A stretch of 64,000 nucleotides of DNA. Origin: an uncultured Bacteroidales bacterium (lineage in GTDB: Bacteria; Bacteroidota; Bacteroidia; Bacteroidales; UBA10428). The position numbers and the translations under genes were made by a program. The stretch covers positions 1,242,246-1,306,245 of the forward strand of contig CAWAHF010000004.1 in NCBI GenBank assembly GCA_963781805.1, in the 5' to 3' direction. Shown piece after piece: positions 40,464-51,900 of this stretch; position 1 is the first letter of the stretch, and every line of letters starts with the position of its first letter. The notes below the pieces were generated by a model that saw only the letters and a list, made by a program, of their open reading frames with translations, was not told where the DNA came from and did no database searches.

Positions 40464-41321
40464 TCAGGGGCAATCTTTGAAACTTTTATCATATTGTCGC
40501 ATAGCTCTCTCGCTCATACCCATACTCGAGAATCCCCCATCGTGATATAGGTTTTGCATAGTTACCTTCTTCGTAAGATCGGAGAACAGGGTAATCACAT
40601 AATTGGCACAATCATCGGCAGAAGCATTTCCCAAAGGTGACATTCTTTCTGTAAAATCAATCAGCGAATCAATCCCTTTCACTCCTGAACCTGCAGTTGT
40701 CATGGTAGGTGACTGACTTACCGTATTAATCCGGATCTTTTTATCTTTTCCGTAAATATATCCGAAACTTCTTGCGATGGATTCAAGCAGGGCTTTGGCA
40801 TCACCCATATCATTGTACTTATCCAGGGTTCTTTGCGCTGCAACATAGGATAATGCAACGACAGAACCCCATTCCTTAATTGCATCAAGCTTACGGGCCA
40901 ATAGTAATATTTTATGAAAGGAAAGAGCAGAAATATCCAGGGTTTTAAGAAAATAATCATAATTAAGGGCATCATAAGGTAAATCTTTTCGCACATTTGG
41001 CGACATACCAATGGAATGTAAAATAAAATCAATCTTCCCGCCAAAAATCTCCATGGATTTTTTTAATAAATTTTCAAGATCCTCTGTATTTGTTGCATCT
41101 GCCGGAATAACTTCTGCATTGCAAATTTCTCCGAGTTTGTGGGTTGTACCTAACCTCATAGCTACTGCCGTATTGGTAAGTACAAGTAGGGCGCCTTCCT
41201 CATGTGCTTTTAAGGCAATCTGCCATGCAATAGATTGCTCATTCAGGGCTCCAAAGATGATCCCTTTCTTTCCTTTTAAAAGATTATAAGCCATTTCTGT
41301 TTTTTTTAATTCAGGATGCAA
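40464..41321 (-). CDS. fabI: Enoyl-[acyl-carrier-protein] reductase (NADH), FabI
   Basis: N-terminal GKKGIIFGALNEQSIAW (FabI-type dinucleotide fold). 285 aa. SDR-like catalytic region. Confidence 0.85.
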   Translation of the reverse strand: MHPELKKTEMAYNLLKGKKGIIFGALNEQSIAWQIALKAHEEGALLVLTNTAVAMRLGTTHKLGEICNAEVIPADATNTEDLENLLKKSMEIFGGKIDFILHSIGMSPNVRKDLPYDALNYDYFLKTLDISALSFHKILLLARKLDAIKEWGSVVALSYVAAQRTLDKYNDMGDAKALLESIARSFGYIYGKDKKIRINTVSQSPTMTTAGSGVKGIDSLIDFTERMSPLGNASADDCANYVITLFSDLTKKVTMQNLYHDGGFSSMGMSERAMRQYDKSFKDCP

Positions 41322-41553
41322 AGATAAGGCATGATGATAAAAGAGAAAAATAATTTAGAATAAATATAAATAAAATGACAAGGACAGGGAGAAGAGGGAA
41401 TAATGAAATAGGGGTATAGGAAAATTGGTAGAGACAGTGTCTGGTACTGAAGCAAGGTTACAAAAAAGTAAAAAAAAGCAGGATTATGTAAAGAAAAGTA
41501 ATCCATTAACAGGACAAGCCAAACTATGTATTAAAAGAATAAATATCAGGCAA

Positions 41554-43902
41554 TTAGGCATCAGATTCGTCAACAATAATATGTTTGTATTTATTATAAA
41601 GGAATGAAATGATTAACAGCAAGATGCCAAGGGATATGAAAATAATCGTTTTAAGCAATAAACTCATATGTGAAATATCATAAAAGAAAAGCTTTAACAG
41701 GGTAACACCAAATAAAATAATCGCCCCTACCCTGAGGTATTTTTTTCTTTTCCAGATACCCAGAGAAATCAGGCCCAATGAGTACAAGCCCCAAAGTATG
41801 CTTAACCCGAATTTATAACTTTGCCTGGAATGATATATGTCCATCCAGGTTATCACTTCGCTGCTTGCCACCCATATTATGAACAAATGAAACATCAGAT
41901 CGAAAGCTATTTTATATTTCTTATCAATTACATCTTTTTTTACAAGCAACAGACTAATATATAATGTCAAACCAGAAAACACATAGGTTATGTATCGAAT
42001 TAAAAGATGAATACTGCCCTTGGTTAATAATTCGGCCATTCTGTTGTCCAGATAACTTTCGCGAAGATCACTCAAAACATAGAGACCCTGCGTTAGAAAA
42101 ACCAACAAAAGAAAACTATTAATTACAAGATTCACAACTAGTAAAGATTTGCTTTTTATTTTAAGGAGATTGATTACTGAAAGTGCAGATGCGAAAAATA
42201 AAGAATAGTTGAGCAACCAAATCGTCTTAAATTTCTTTAAATCGTGGCTCAGATAACCGTAATCATTCCCTGTTGGATTGTGAAGAATTTGGGAATGAAG
42301 TTGATTCAACTGTTGGGCAATTTCCAGCCTGATGGAATAATAAACAGAAATAATAAGAATGGCAGGAATAATTGTTTTAAAAATTTTCATTAATTCTGAT
42401 TGACTTCCTGGTTCAGGATTATATCCCTTTGAGCTGTTTACATAGTTAATCAATGAAAATGCCCCGATGAAAATCAGTGAAAACAAAAAATTAATATTCA
42501 GAAAGGGAGTTAATCCGGAAACGGTTATTTCAGGATTGTAATTGATATAAGCCACCGACCAGTCCTGCAAAATACTGAAAAAGGCAAGAATCATTAACGG
42601 ATAGGCCAGATATTCGTAAAAAGGAATTTTTCTCCCTCTTCCAACCCAAAAGAGCACAACCGCTTCTCCCGTCCACAGCAGAGTTACCCAATTACCGTTT
42701 AGTTGAATTGGAATAGCAATGGTGATAAATACCAGTACTAAACCTGCAACAAAGTAAAACAGATTTCTGTCAGCAAGTTTATTCCGGTAAATAATAACAC
42801 TTACAATAAAATGAATTAATGCATTGATAACGGCAAAAAGCCCAAGGTAATTTTTTCCTATAGGATGCAAATCTAATATCCGGATTCCGATTCCAAAGTA
42901 TATAGATGAGTTGGCCAAAAGAATCAATACATCGACAGCATCAAAATTTTCACTTTTAAAAAATTTATAGGCAAGAAAAATAAGGTAAAAAATGATATAA
43001 TAGATGGAGAGAAATAAAAGTGAACTTCCAAAATTATCTGAAATATTAAAGTCGAACACAAACCAGAAATAATATATAAGCCAGGTAATAATGAATGCTG
43101 AAAAATAGAGCAGTTTCCAGTTCTTTTTTACCGCGATGACAAGAATTCCTGCATTTATAATGGTAATATAGCTAAACAGAAAGTTATGGTTATGATAACC
43201 AAACCCCAGCAAAAAAGGGATTGCATAAGAACCAACCAATCCGATTAAAGCGATTACCTGCTTGTTATAATGAAAGGATGCTATTACGGCAAAAACCGTA
43301 AAAAATAACATCAGAGCGTAAGTGAGAGATTGGGGTATAAGGACATAAAAATCATAGGCCGCATAGGTAATAAAATATACGATAGCCAAAGAACCGCTAA
43401 GTAACACTGAGCTGTAATTTTTATAACTTTCTTTAAATTTAATGGCAAACCCCAATAAAATAAAGCCTCCGAGATAACCAAGAATAATTCTTACCACGGG
43501 ATTAATCAGCTGGTGATTGATGGCAAATTTAACTCCTATGGCTACTCCAATAACTGTTATTATAATTCCAATTTTATTGGCAAGATTCTCACCAATAAAA
43601 TTTTCTATATCCGATTTGTTTTCATCGGGCTTATTCTTTGTTTCATCGGTATTAATATTCACATCTGATTCCTGATGATAACCTGTTGTATTGGAAATAA
43701 AATCAGTTGAATCTTTAGATATTTTTTCGTTTGAATGTTCCACCGGAGCACCGGCTTTATCAGGTTCTGGTTTTGAAGTGGATGTTAGCTTTCTGATCTC
43801 TTTTGCCAACGAGTCAATCTCTTGTTGGAATTCAGATTGTCTTTTCAACAACTCATCGAGTTTTTTCTGAAAGTGATTTAGTTGATCCTGATTGTCAGTC
43901 AT
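41554..43902 (-). CDS. DUF2339-like large polytopic membrane protein with N-terminal coiled coil
   Basis: N-terminal coiled coil (…KKLDELLKRQSEFQQEIDSLAKEIRKL…) followed by >15 hydrophobic helices. 782 aa. Confidence 0.5.
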   Translation of the reverse strand: MTDNQDQLNHFQKKLDELLKRQSEFQQEIDSLAKEIRKLTSTSKPEPDKAGAPVEHSNEKISKDSTDFISNTTGYHQESDVNINTDETKNKPDENKSDIENFIGENLANKIGIIITVIGVAIGVKFAINHQLINPVVRIILGYLGGFILLGFAIKFKESYKNYSSVLLSGSLAIVYFITYAAYDFYVLIPQSLTYALMLFFTVFAVIASFHYNKQVIALIGLVGSYAIPFLLGFGYHNHNFLFSYITIINAGILVIAVKKNWKLLYFSAFIITWLIYYFWFVFDFNISDNFGSSLLFLSIYYIIFYLIFLAYKFFKSENFDAVDVLILLANSSIYFGIGIRILDLHPIGKNYLGLFAVINALIHFIVSVIIYRNKLADRNLFYFVAGLVLVFITIAIPIQLNGNWVTLLWTGEAVVLFWVGRGRKIPFYEYLAYPLMILAFFSILQDWSVAYINYNPEITVSGLTPFLNINFLFSLIFIGAFSLINYVNSSKGYNPEPGSQSELMKIFKTIIPAILIISVYYSIRLEIAQQLNQLHSQILHNPTGNDYGYLSHDLKKFKTIWLLNYSLFFASALSVINLLKIKSKSLLVVNLVINSFLLLVFLTQGLYVLSDLRESYLDNRMAELLTKGSIHLLIRYITYVFSGLTLYISLLLVKKDVIDKKYKIAFDLMFHLFIIWVASSEVITWMDIYHSRQSYKFGLSILWGLYSLGLISLGIWKRKKYLRVGAIILFGVTLLKLFFYDISHMSLLLKTIIFISLGILLLIISFLYNKYKHIIVDESDA

Positions 43903-44090
43903 GGCTTAGCGCGTTAAATGTTTTATAAAAAAAATCATAAACATCCGGTTGCATATAGGATAAAGATATGCAAAAGCCGTAAAAAAGTAAAATCCGAAAT
44001 TAGTTGTCACCGGAATTACAGGTTCAGATATGATCTTATAAATACTCCAAAATTGCTCACATGTTCAGATAATGAATAAGAAAAGAATGC

Positions 44091-44969
44091 TCAATTGCAC
44101 TTCAATTCTACAGGATTTTCAAGTTTAACAGGCGAAAGAGTATACCCTTTTTGTTTTAAGAGATTGATTAGTCCCTTTTCACCGGGAAGATGTCCTGCCC
44201 CTACTGCAATCATAAACGTGTTATCCGTTAGCAGGCTGTCAATTTTAGCTGCCATTCTTATATTTCTTTCATCCAGGAATTCATTTTTAAGACTAACCAT
44301 TGTTTCATCTTCCTGCATCGATCGAAGCAATTCATTCAATTTTGATTTACGATAGTCGCAAACCATTGAATCCAAATCAGAGATCGTTTTCTCCGGATGT
44401 TTCAAAAAATCAACTAAACTCGCCAACGGTATAGATTCCAATAATTTAAATTGTTCGTCAAACGTTTCGAGTCCAACGACTTCTTTGTGCATCTCAGTAC
44501 CCTTTTGGTAGATATATTCATCGAGAGTGACCTCCATATCGCCCGGAAGCATATTTTCCATAACCACAGACAGTAATGCCACAGGCTTAAATCTTTCAAA
44601 GAATACAAATTTCATCCCGGTAATTTTTTCTACTACTTTATCAATGGTGTCATAATCCTTAGTTGTGAATATATCTTTCAGGGTACTATCACCCGGTAGA
44701 AACAGCATATTGGAATACTGAAGCATATTCATTGGATTTAAATCAAGTTCCAATGCCAGCTTATCACAGGTTTTCAAACAACCCACTACCGTATCGGCAT
44801 ATGCAAATACACGTTTATCTTTCAGGTGAATGGTTCCGTATAAATATGAATTATTGTTTTTTATATCTGATATTCTCCATAACAATGAATTCTGAGAAAA
44901 AACACAAAAATCAGGTAATACTAAGATTAACAGTATAAATAACTTTAATTCAATAAATTTCTTTTTCAT
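44091..44969 (-). CDS. TraB/GumN family protein (secreted)
   Basis: Signal peptide. SYLYGTIHLKD motif typical of TraB/GumN. 292 aa. Confidence 0.6.
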   Translation of the reverse strand: MKKKFIELKLFILLILVLPDFCVFSQNSLLWRISDIKNNNSYLYGTIHLKDKRVFAYADTVVGCLKTCDKLALELDLNPMNMLQYSNMLFLPGDSTLKDIFTTKDYDTIDKVVEKITGMKFVFFERFKPVALLSVVMENMLPGDMEVTLDEYIYQKGTEMHKEVVGLETFDEQFKLLESIPLASLVDFLKHPEKTISDLDSMVCDYRKSKLNELLRSMQEDETMVSLKNEFLDERNIRMAAKIDSLLTDNTFMIAVGAGHLPGEKGLINLLKQKGYTLSPVKLENPVELKCN

Positions 44970-44975
44970 GGTTTC

Positions 44976-46775
44976 TCAATTTTCAATCAAAATACCCATT
45001 TGTTTCATTAAAAGGGATGCATTCATTTTTTGCGTCACCCCTTCATACAGCTTGTAATCGAAAAAAATCTCAGCGCCGTTTATTTCAATTTCAAAGCACT
45101 TGTTTTTTAAATGTTGAGGCAGTTCTTTTTCCATGGCTGCCAAATCAAGATCATGCGTGGCAATAAGTCCCGTACCGTTTAATTTAACTATTTGTCTGAG
45201 AATAGCCCGTGAACCTTTTTGTTTGTCGGTTGAATTTGTTCCTTTCAATATTTCATCAAGAACAACAAAGAGTGTTTCTCCTGCCCGTAACCTGTCAATA
45301 AGTTCCTTCAGTCGTTTAAGTTCAGCAAAGAAGTAGGATTCATTTTTTTGCAGAGAATCACTGGTTCGCATGCTACTGAAAATCTGAAGAGGCCTAAATC
45401 TGGCATGCTTTGCACAAATGGGAGCTCCAATCATAGAAAGTAACAGGTTGATAGCCACTGTTCGCAGAAAAGTACTTTTGCCCGCCATATTTGCCCCGGT
45501 GACAATGATAAATTCTCCCGTATTCGAGAGTATAATGTCGTTATTAACTCTCTCATCTCTATGAATTAAAGGATGGCCTGCTTCCTTAAAATCGATAATA
45601 ATAGTTGCATCGGGTTCGGGAAAATCAAATCCCGGATTGTTATAACCATAGTTTGCAAGACTACACAGAACATCAAAATCACCAAGTGTTTCAATCCACT
45701 CCCGTACTTTGTTCCTGTTTTCTGATTTCCATTTTTCAAGTCTTATCATACATTGAATATCCCATAGTAAAAAACCATTGAGCAATACTCCGACAATTAG
45801 ATTCAACCTGTTATCAAATGAAGCAATCAATTTCGCCAGTTTATTTATCCTGACTCTTGCAGAATCATTGCCAGACTTCAATGAATCTTTCATTTTAGTC
45901 AGCTGAACTGACGAAAAATCTTCTTCCTCAATATATCGTAAAAGCCTGTCGTATTTTCGAAATGTTTCAAGTCTTTTTCCAAGATCAAAATTGACTCTGT
46001 TATTGTATCTGAGATGCATTGATGTGACAAAGAGTTGTACAAGGAAAATCAATACAAGGTTCTGAATGAATGAATAATCTACAATGACTGCTGCAAACGC
46101 TCCAATTGAAATTATCGGAAACAAATAAATCAATATATGATAAACCTTTTTTCTATAATACCTGAATTCTTTCTGAAGCCAACTCTCAATATCAGAAAAA
46201 TCACCGGCATTTTCCCCGTTAAGCATTCCCGTTGCCCGGAAATTCTGGCGCAAATCCAGTTTTGGCAAGAGATCTTTTATGGCTTCCTGATTGTTTTTAA
46301 TAGACTGAGTCTCAGTAAAAGGATTAGCTAACAAATATGCCAACTTTTCTTTTCCCCTGTGCGTAGTTGTTCTGTTAAGATACTGAAAGAGCGAACCTTC
46401 GCCAAAAATGTCCAAATCGTGTGTGTAAGGATGTTCAGGATCAGAAAATTCGGCACCATTTGGAAATTGAGCATATTGATTCGCAAGTGTCTCAATTTCT
46501 TCCTGATTAATCTTTTTAAGATTTGAAATAATTGTTCTTTTTCGCTGTAAAAAGTTATATCTTTTTATCTGCATAAAAAACAAAAATGTAAATAAGAACG
46601 ATGCTATAATTCCCAGTATAGTATTAATTCTAACGACATAAAAGAGTGAAAAAAAAATTAGTAGAAATGTTATTAACCGGAACAAAGATATCAGTGCCAG
46701 TTGCTTCCTGATTTGATTCAAATCATCAGAAAATTTTTGAACACGCAATGTATAGGTATCTTCTATAGAATTCAT
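44976..46775 (-). CDS. Membrane-anchored MutS-family ATPase (MutS domain V only; no Smr domain)
   Basis: Two N-terminal TM segments. Walker A GANMAGKSTFLR. Walker B VLDEILKGTNSTD. ABC-like MutS domain V. Confidence 0.75.
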   Translation of the reverse strand: MNSIEDTYTLRVQKFSDDLNQIRKQLALISLFRLITFLLIFFSLFYVVRINTILGIIASFLFTFLFFMQIKRYNFLQRKRTIISNLKKINQEEIETLANQYAQFPNGAEFSDPEHPYTHDLDIFGEGSLFQYLNRTTTHRGKEKLAYLLANPFTETQSIKNNQEAIKDLLPKLDLRQNFRATGMLNGENAGDFSDIESWLQKEFRYYRKKVYHILIYLFPIISIGAFAAVIVDYSFIQNLVLIFLVQLFVTSMHLRYNNRVNFDLGKRLETFRKYDRLLRYIEEEDFSSVQLTKMKDSLKSGNDSARVRINKLAKLIASFDNRLNLIVGVLLNGFLLWDIQCMIRLEKWKSENRNKVREWIETLGDFDVLCSLANYGYNNPGFDFPEPDATIIIDFKEAGHPLIHRDERVNNDIILSNTGEFIIVTGANMAGKSTFLRTVAINLLLSMIGAPICAKHARFRPLQIFSSMRTSDSLQKNESYFFAELKRLKELIDRLRAGETLFVVLDEILKGTNSTDKQKGSRAILRQIVKLNGTGLIATHDLDLAAMEKELPQHLKNKCFEIEINGAEIFFDYKLYEGVTQKMNASLLMKQMGILIEN

Positions 46776-46781
46776 AAAATC

Positions 46782-47558
46782 TTAGATTTCAAGGGCAATA
46801 ACATTAAACGTAGTCTTATAATTGTTATTATATGTTCCTGTTGTATCAAAAAGCCAGTTCCATTTGCAAACATTTTTACCGGAAGGCAATTTTGTATAAA
46901 GCAGTTTTTTTTTATTTACCCGGACATCATCCATTGTACTTATTAATTCTTCATAATCCGTTATCAGACAACTTTTGTTTGCCGGAAGTGAATCAATATG
47001 GCTCTTTTGAATTTTGGCTCTAAGGATATTCATTTCAGCATCCGGGTAAATATCTGTATTTTTTAAATAATCAACAATTAAAATATCAAGTTGATTCAGA
47101 ATATTTAACGATATGTAGCCATCAGTTTCGGCAATAGGCGAAAATCCGGAAAATAAAAAATCCTCAATTTCGATTTTAACACCTGTTTTCCTGTAATCTT
47201 TTACAACACTATAAACCTGGGATATTATTCCACCGGTAATATCGTCGGCTACAAAATAAAAACTTCTGAAATTCTTTAACTTGTGCAATATTTGTGAAGG
47301 ATGGAAAATATCATAAAAGTAAACCTTATCCAAATGAGTCTTAAAAAATTCGATTGGCAGATCTAATAACCAACCGCTTCCTAGCACAGAAAGAGTCCTG
47401 AATTTATTCCTGCGTATAAATTCGGTAATATACTTTTTAGTATTATGCAGGTGTTGTTCCCAGTTATCAGCCTCGTTGATATACCTTCTCAGGATACCTG
47501 ACTGATCAGAAATAAAATTCATCCTCCGTAGAATCCGGCGGGACAAAAAAACTGTCAT
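46782..47558 (-). CDS. Hypothetical protein with weak class-I SAM-methyltransferase-like motifs
   Basis: LSVLGSGWLLDLP (motif-I-like) and FVADDITGG. Sits 6 bp upstream of the MutS-like gene on the same strand. Confidence 0.4.
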   Translation of the reverse strand: MTVFLSRRILRRMNFISDQSGILRRYINEADNWEQHLHNTKKYITEFIRRNKFRTLSVLGSGWLLDLPIEFFKTHLDKVYFYDIFHPSQILHKLKNFRSFYFVADDITGGIISQVYSVVKDYRKTGVKIEIEDFLFSGFSPIAETDGYISLNILNQLDILIVDYLKNTDIYPDAEMNILRAKIQKSHIDSLPANKSCLITDYEELISTMDDVRVNKKKLLYTKLPSGKNVCKWNWLFDTTGTYNNNYKTTFNVIALEI

Positions 47559-47596
47559 AAAACTTTTTAATACTAATTAATCGAAATAAACTTCAG

Positions 47597-48055
47597 CTAA
47601 GGATGAGCGTACGTTTCTGTAATAGAATAAATGTTACTTAGTGAATCTGCAAAATACATTCTTGTTTGGAGCTGAGATCCATCAAGCTTAAGAATTTCAT
47701 ATTCATTGACATAATCAATAATACCTTTATAAAGTTTGGTTTCACTATCGTTGAAAGACCAAACACCCATTTCCCAAACATCAGGATTATTAGGACTGTA
47801 TTTGCTGGCGCCTTCCATATTTACATAGGTACCCGAAGAATAATAGTAAAACAGATCATCCCTGATATATGCCGGCATAACTGCATAATAATCTACTATT
47901 GTACCAATATTTGTCGGATAGGGAGGACTATATGTGCTTGTTGTCAATATCCACGGCCCTTTGGTGAGAAGATCGGTATTCGTCAGTGAATCATTTTTTC
48001 CACATGAAACTAAAAAAGCAACAATAAACAGGGAGGTAAATAAATACTTCTTCAT
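47597..48055 (-). CDS. Small hypothetical lipoprotein
   Basis: Signal peptide plus lipobox FLVSCG. 152 aa. Confidence 0.5.
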   Translation of the reverse strand: MKKYLFTSLFIVAFLVSCGKNDSLTNTDLLTKGPWILTTSTYSPPYPTNIGTIVDYYAVMPAYIRDDLFYYYSSGTYVNMEGASKYSPNNPDVWEMGVWSFNDSETKLYKGIIDYVNEYEILKLDGSQLQTRMYFADSLSNIYSITETYAHP

Positions 48056-48259
48056 GGTATTAGTATTAGATGCGTAAAGATATTAAATTTTTAGATTGCC
48101 AGAGGATTTAATAGATAAACACGTTTAAAACACAAAAATTTTGGTAATACCAATCAACGAATTTGTCATAAAATTTAAAGTGTTTGTGGAAAAAACAATA
48201 GAATTAACTTGTATCATAGCTCCGTTTCTTAACTTTAACCCAAAATTAAAAGTCTAATT

Positions 48260-48904
48260 ATGAAAATTGGAAGATCATTCCTACTCCAACGCATTTTACC
48301 TGGCATAATAACAATTATTCTTCCACTTGGTATAAATGCTCAAACATCAATGCAATTAAAAGTAAAACAGCCTTTAGTTCTCACAGTTAATGCAGGATCT
48401 GATGTTACCATAAATGCGGGATTCAGCACAGTACTTGGTGGATCTCCAACTGCGACCGGCGGTACTGGCAGCTTAACCTATCAGTGGAGCTATCCGGAAT
48501 ACCTGAACAATGCCACAGTAATTAATCCCGTTGCAGAACCACCTGGAAATCTAAACTTTAAGGTAACGGTAACAGATGAAAATAAATGTACAGCTTCAGA
48601 CGAAGTTTTTGTAACTGTTATTGGTGGGACATCCATAGATGAAAACGAAGCTGAGTCCAGCGTAAAAATATTTCCTAATCCTACCTCAGGTATATTTACT
48701 CTTAGCCTTGAAAATCTGAAGTCACCAGATATTCAGGTTACTATAGTTGATATATCTGGAAAAATAGTTTATAAGTCCGTAATTAAAAATTCCGAATTTT
48801 CAATTACTTCAGATATCGATATTTCTGACTTATCAAAGGGATACTATTTTCTTCATATAGATGGTAATCTTGAATCAATTTACAGACAAATCATCCTTAA
48901 ATAA
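48260..48904 (+). CDS. Small secreted protein with Ig/PKD-like domain and T9SS type-A C-terminal sorting domain
   Basis: Signal peptide. PKD-like LTYQWSYP segment. C-terminal KIFPNPTSGIFTL…GKIVYKSVI…GYYFLHI… Por secretion tail. Confidence 0.7.
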   Translation: MKIGRSFLLQRILPGIITIILPLGINAQTSMQLKVKQPLVLTVNAGSDVTINAGFSTVLGGSPTATGGTGSLTYQWSYPEYLNNATVINPVAEPPGNLNFKVTVTDENKCTASDEVFVTVIGGTSIDENEAESSVKIFPNPTSGIFTLSLENLKSPDIQVTIVDISGKIVYKSVIKNSEFSITSDIDISDLSKGYYFLHIDGNLESIYRQIILK

Positions 48905-48921
48905 CCTTATAGTTAATAATC

Positions 48922-51900
48922 ATGGCAAAGCATACTATATCAATAAAAGTATATTTCATTCTAATATTTGTTCTTTTCTTATTTCATTCAAATTTTGATT
49001 TAAATGCTCAATATCTGATCAATGGAGCAAACAAAATTCACTACGAGAACGATTCTGTAATATTGCATGTTGACAATGTTAGAGGTTCAGTTCAGTGGCA
49101 GGTTTCAGGAGATAAACTACTTTGGCAGGATATAGCAGGCGAAACTGAAGTTTCTCTTACAATGCATATTGATAGTTCAGCATTTTACAGGGCAAAGATT
49201 ACTGATGGGACGTGTAATCCAATATACTCAGATACTGTAATGGTAGCCCAGGTTTATGATAATAGAGATAACCAGGTATATAATGCCGTTAGAATTGGAT
49301 ATCAATGGTGGATGGCTGAAAATCTAAATTTTAGGATAACCGGAAATTCATGGTATTATAACAACGACAGTTCAATCTATGCAAATAAATATGGCAGACT
49401 GTATAATTGGACAGGAGCGAATGCAAGCTGTCCGTCAGACTGGCATCTTCCAAGTGATTTGGAATGGATAATACTGGAAATGAAACTTGGAATGAATAAG
49501 TTACAAGCTGATTCAATTCAATGGAGAGGTACGGATGAAGGAACTAAGTTAAAGCAACAGGGAACCTTTAATTTTAATGCTTCCTTGGGGGGATTCAGAT
49601 TAGCGTACCAAACATTCGGATATATTGAATCCAGCGGTACGTTTTGGACGTCGACCGAATATGATGAAAATACTGCATGGTACAGAGGAATTGGTTCAGA
49701 ACCAAAAGTTCATCGTTTGAATTATGGAAAAGATTTGGGTTTTTCGGTCAGATGTGTTAGAAATTCTCCGCCCATTGTATATTCCAACACTGTTACCAAC
49801 CTAACAACCTATGCAGGAACAGCAAATGGTGAAATTATTGTTGATGGTGGTGCAATTGTTACTGCACGCGGATTCTGCTGGAGCACTTCTCCTTCGCCCG
49901 ATGTGAATAATAGCCATGTATCGCTGAGCGGAAGTATCGGGACATTTGCATCGATGTTTTCCGGATTAAGTAAAAACACTACCTATTACTTAAGAGCATT
50001 TGCATCAAATAGTTTTGGAACATATTATGGAGACAATATTACTTTTAAAACTCCGCTTAACTCAGTGCCAACTGTATTCACGGATAAAGCCTCATCGATT
50101 ACTATGAATTCTGCTCTTATAGGGGGTTCGGTGTTGGATGATGGTGGATCAGCCATAAAATCCAAGGGCCTCTGCTGGGATTCCTTACCTTCTCCTGATT
50201 TTTCATCTGTTGTAATTTCCAAAGGAACCGGTACAGCCGGATTTACATCAACCCTTTCAGGATTGAAAATCAATCATGAATATCATGTAAGAGCTTATGC
50301 CGTTAATAATGTTGACACAGCATATGGTGAGGAGGTTGTTTTTGAAACATTACCCATAAATCCCCTCGATACAATTATTGATAATCGAGATGGAAAATCT
50401 TATGAAATAGTTAAAATAGGTTATCAATGGTGGTTATCAGATAATCTGGATTACTTTACTCCTGGCGGTTCGTGGTATTATGATGGTGACAGTGCCTCAA
50501 ATTCCTCAACATTCGGTAAATTATATAATTGGGAAACTGCACTGAACGCTTGTCCTTCGGGTTGGCATCTTCCATCGGATGATGAATGGAAAATTCTTGA
50601 ATCGGAAGTGGGAATGAATTCTTCTGTCCTTGAGAATACAGATTGGCGAGGAACAAATCAGGGAGATCAACTTAAGAAAAACGGAACATCAGGCTTAGAT
50701 ATTTTATTGGGTGGATTTAAGGATACAAATGATCAATTTCTCTATCTTAATTCCAGTGGCACATACTGGACTTCTACATCCTATTCAACTGATAATGCAT
50801 GGTATAGGGGATTTGGAACTGAACCAACTATTCACAGGTTTAATTTTGATAAGGATATGGCTTTTTCAGTGCGCTGTGTAAGGGATAATACACCAATTAT
50901 TGAAGCACATATTCTTAAAGATTCAACCACCAGAAACTCTGCAGTAATTCAGTCAGAGATCATTTATGATGGTGGTGATGTCGTGTCTTCAAGTGGATTA
51001 TGCTGGAGTATTATGCCAAATCCCGATTTATTAGCTAACCGGATTAACTCGGGAAGCGGTTTGGGAATTTTCAATACAAAAATTACAGGATTGGTTCCTA
51101 ATAATACATATTATGTAAGGGCTTTTGCCATCAATAAATTTGATACAGCTTATAGTGATAATATATCTTTTATTTCAATTGGAAAACCGGTAATTTCAAC
51201 CAGCCCGATAGTAAATATTACAACAACCTCGGCTGCAAGTGGTGGAAATATTACCGATGATGGCGGTGCAAGCATTTTATCTCGTGGAGTTTGCTGGAAT
51301 ATATTACCAAATCCTACGATAAAAAACAGCAAAACCAGCAATGGTGCAAGTATAGGAATTTATACAAGCTCCCTTAGCGGATTATCCCCTAATACGGAAT
51401 ATTATCTAAGAGCCTATGCAAGAACAGCATATGATACTGTTTACGGTATGGAAAGAAGTTTTATAACATCTCCAACCAGCCAGGAAGACAGTATCAAAGA
51501 TACAAGAGACGGAAAAATGTATAATATTGTTAAAATAGGGGATCAATGGTGGTTTGCAGAAAACTTAAATTTCGCTAGTGCAAATTCATGGTGTTATGAA
51601 AATAACCCGGCCTATTGTGATACGTTCGGAAAACTATATACATGGAATGCTGCTCTGAACAGTTGCCCCTTTGGTTGGCATTTGCCAAGAGATAATGAAT
51701 TCAAAACTCTTGAAAGGTATTTGGGAATGGATTCTATTGCGGCTGAACAAATTGAGTGGAGAGGTACAGATGAGGGAACACGCTTAAAAATAGGATCACC
51801 AATTGGATTTAATATTGAATTTGGAGGATTCAGACTTGAAAACAGTACCTTCAATTATGTAAATTCAAGTGCAACACTCTGGACATCGGACGAAACATCA

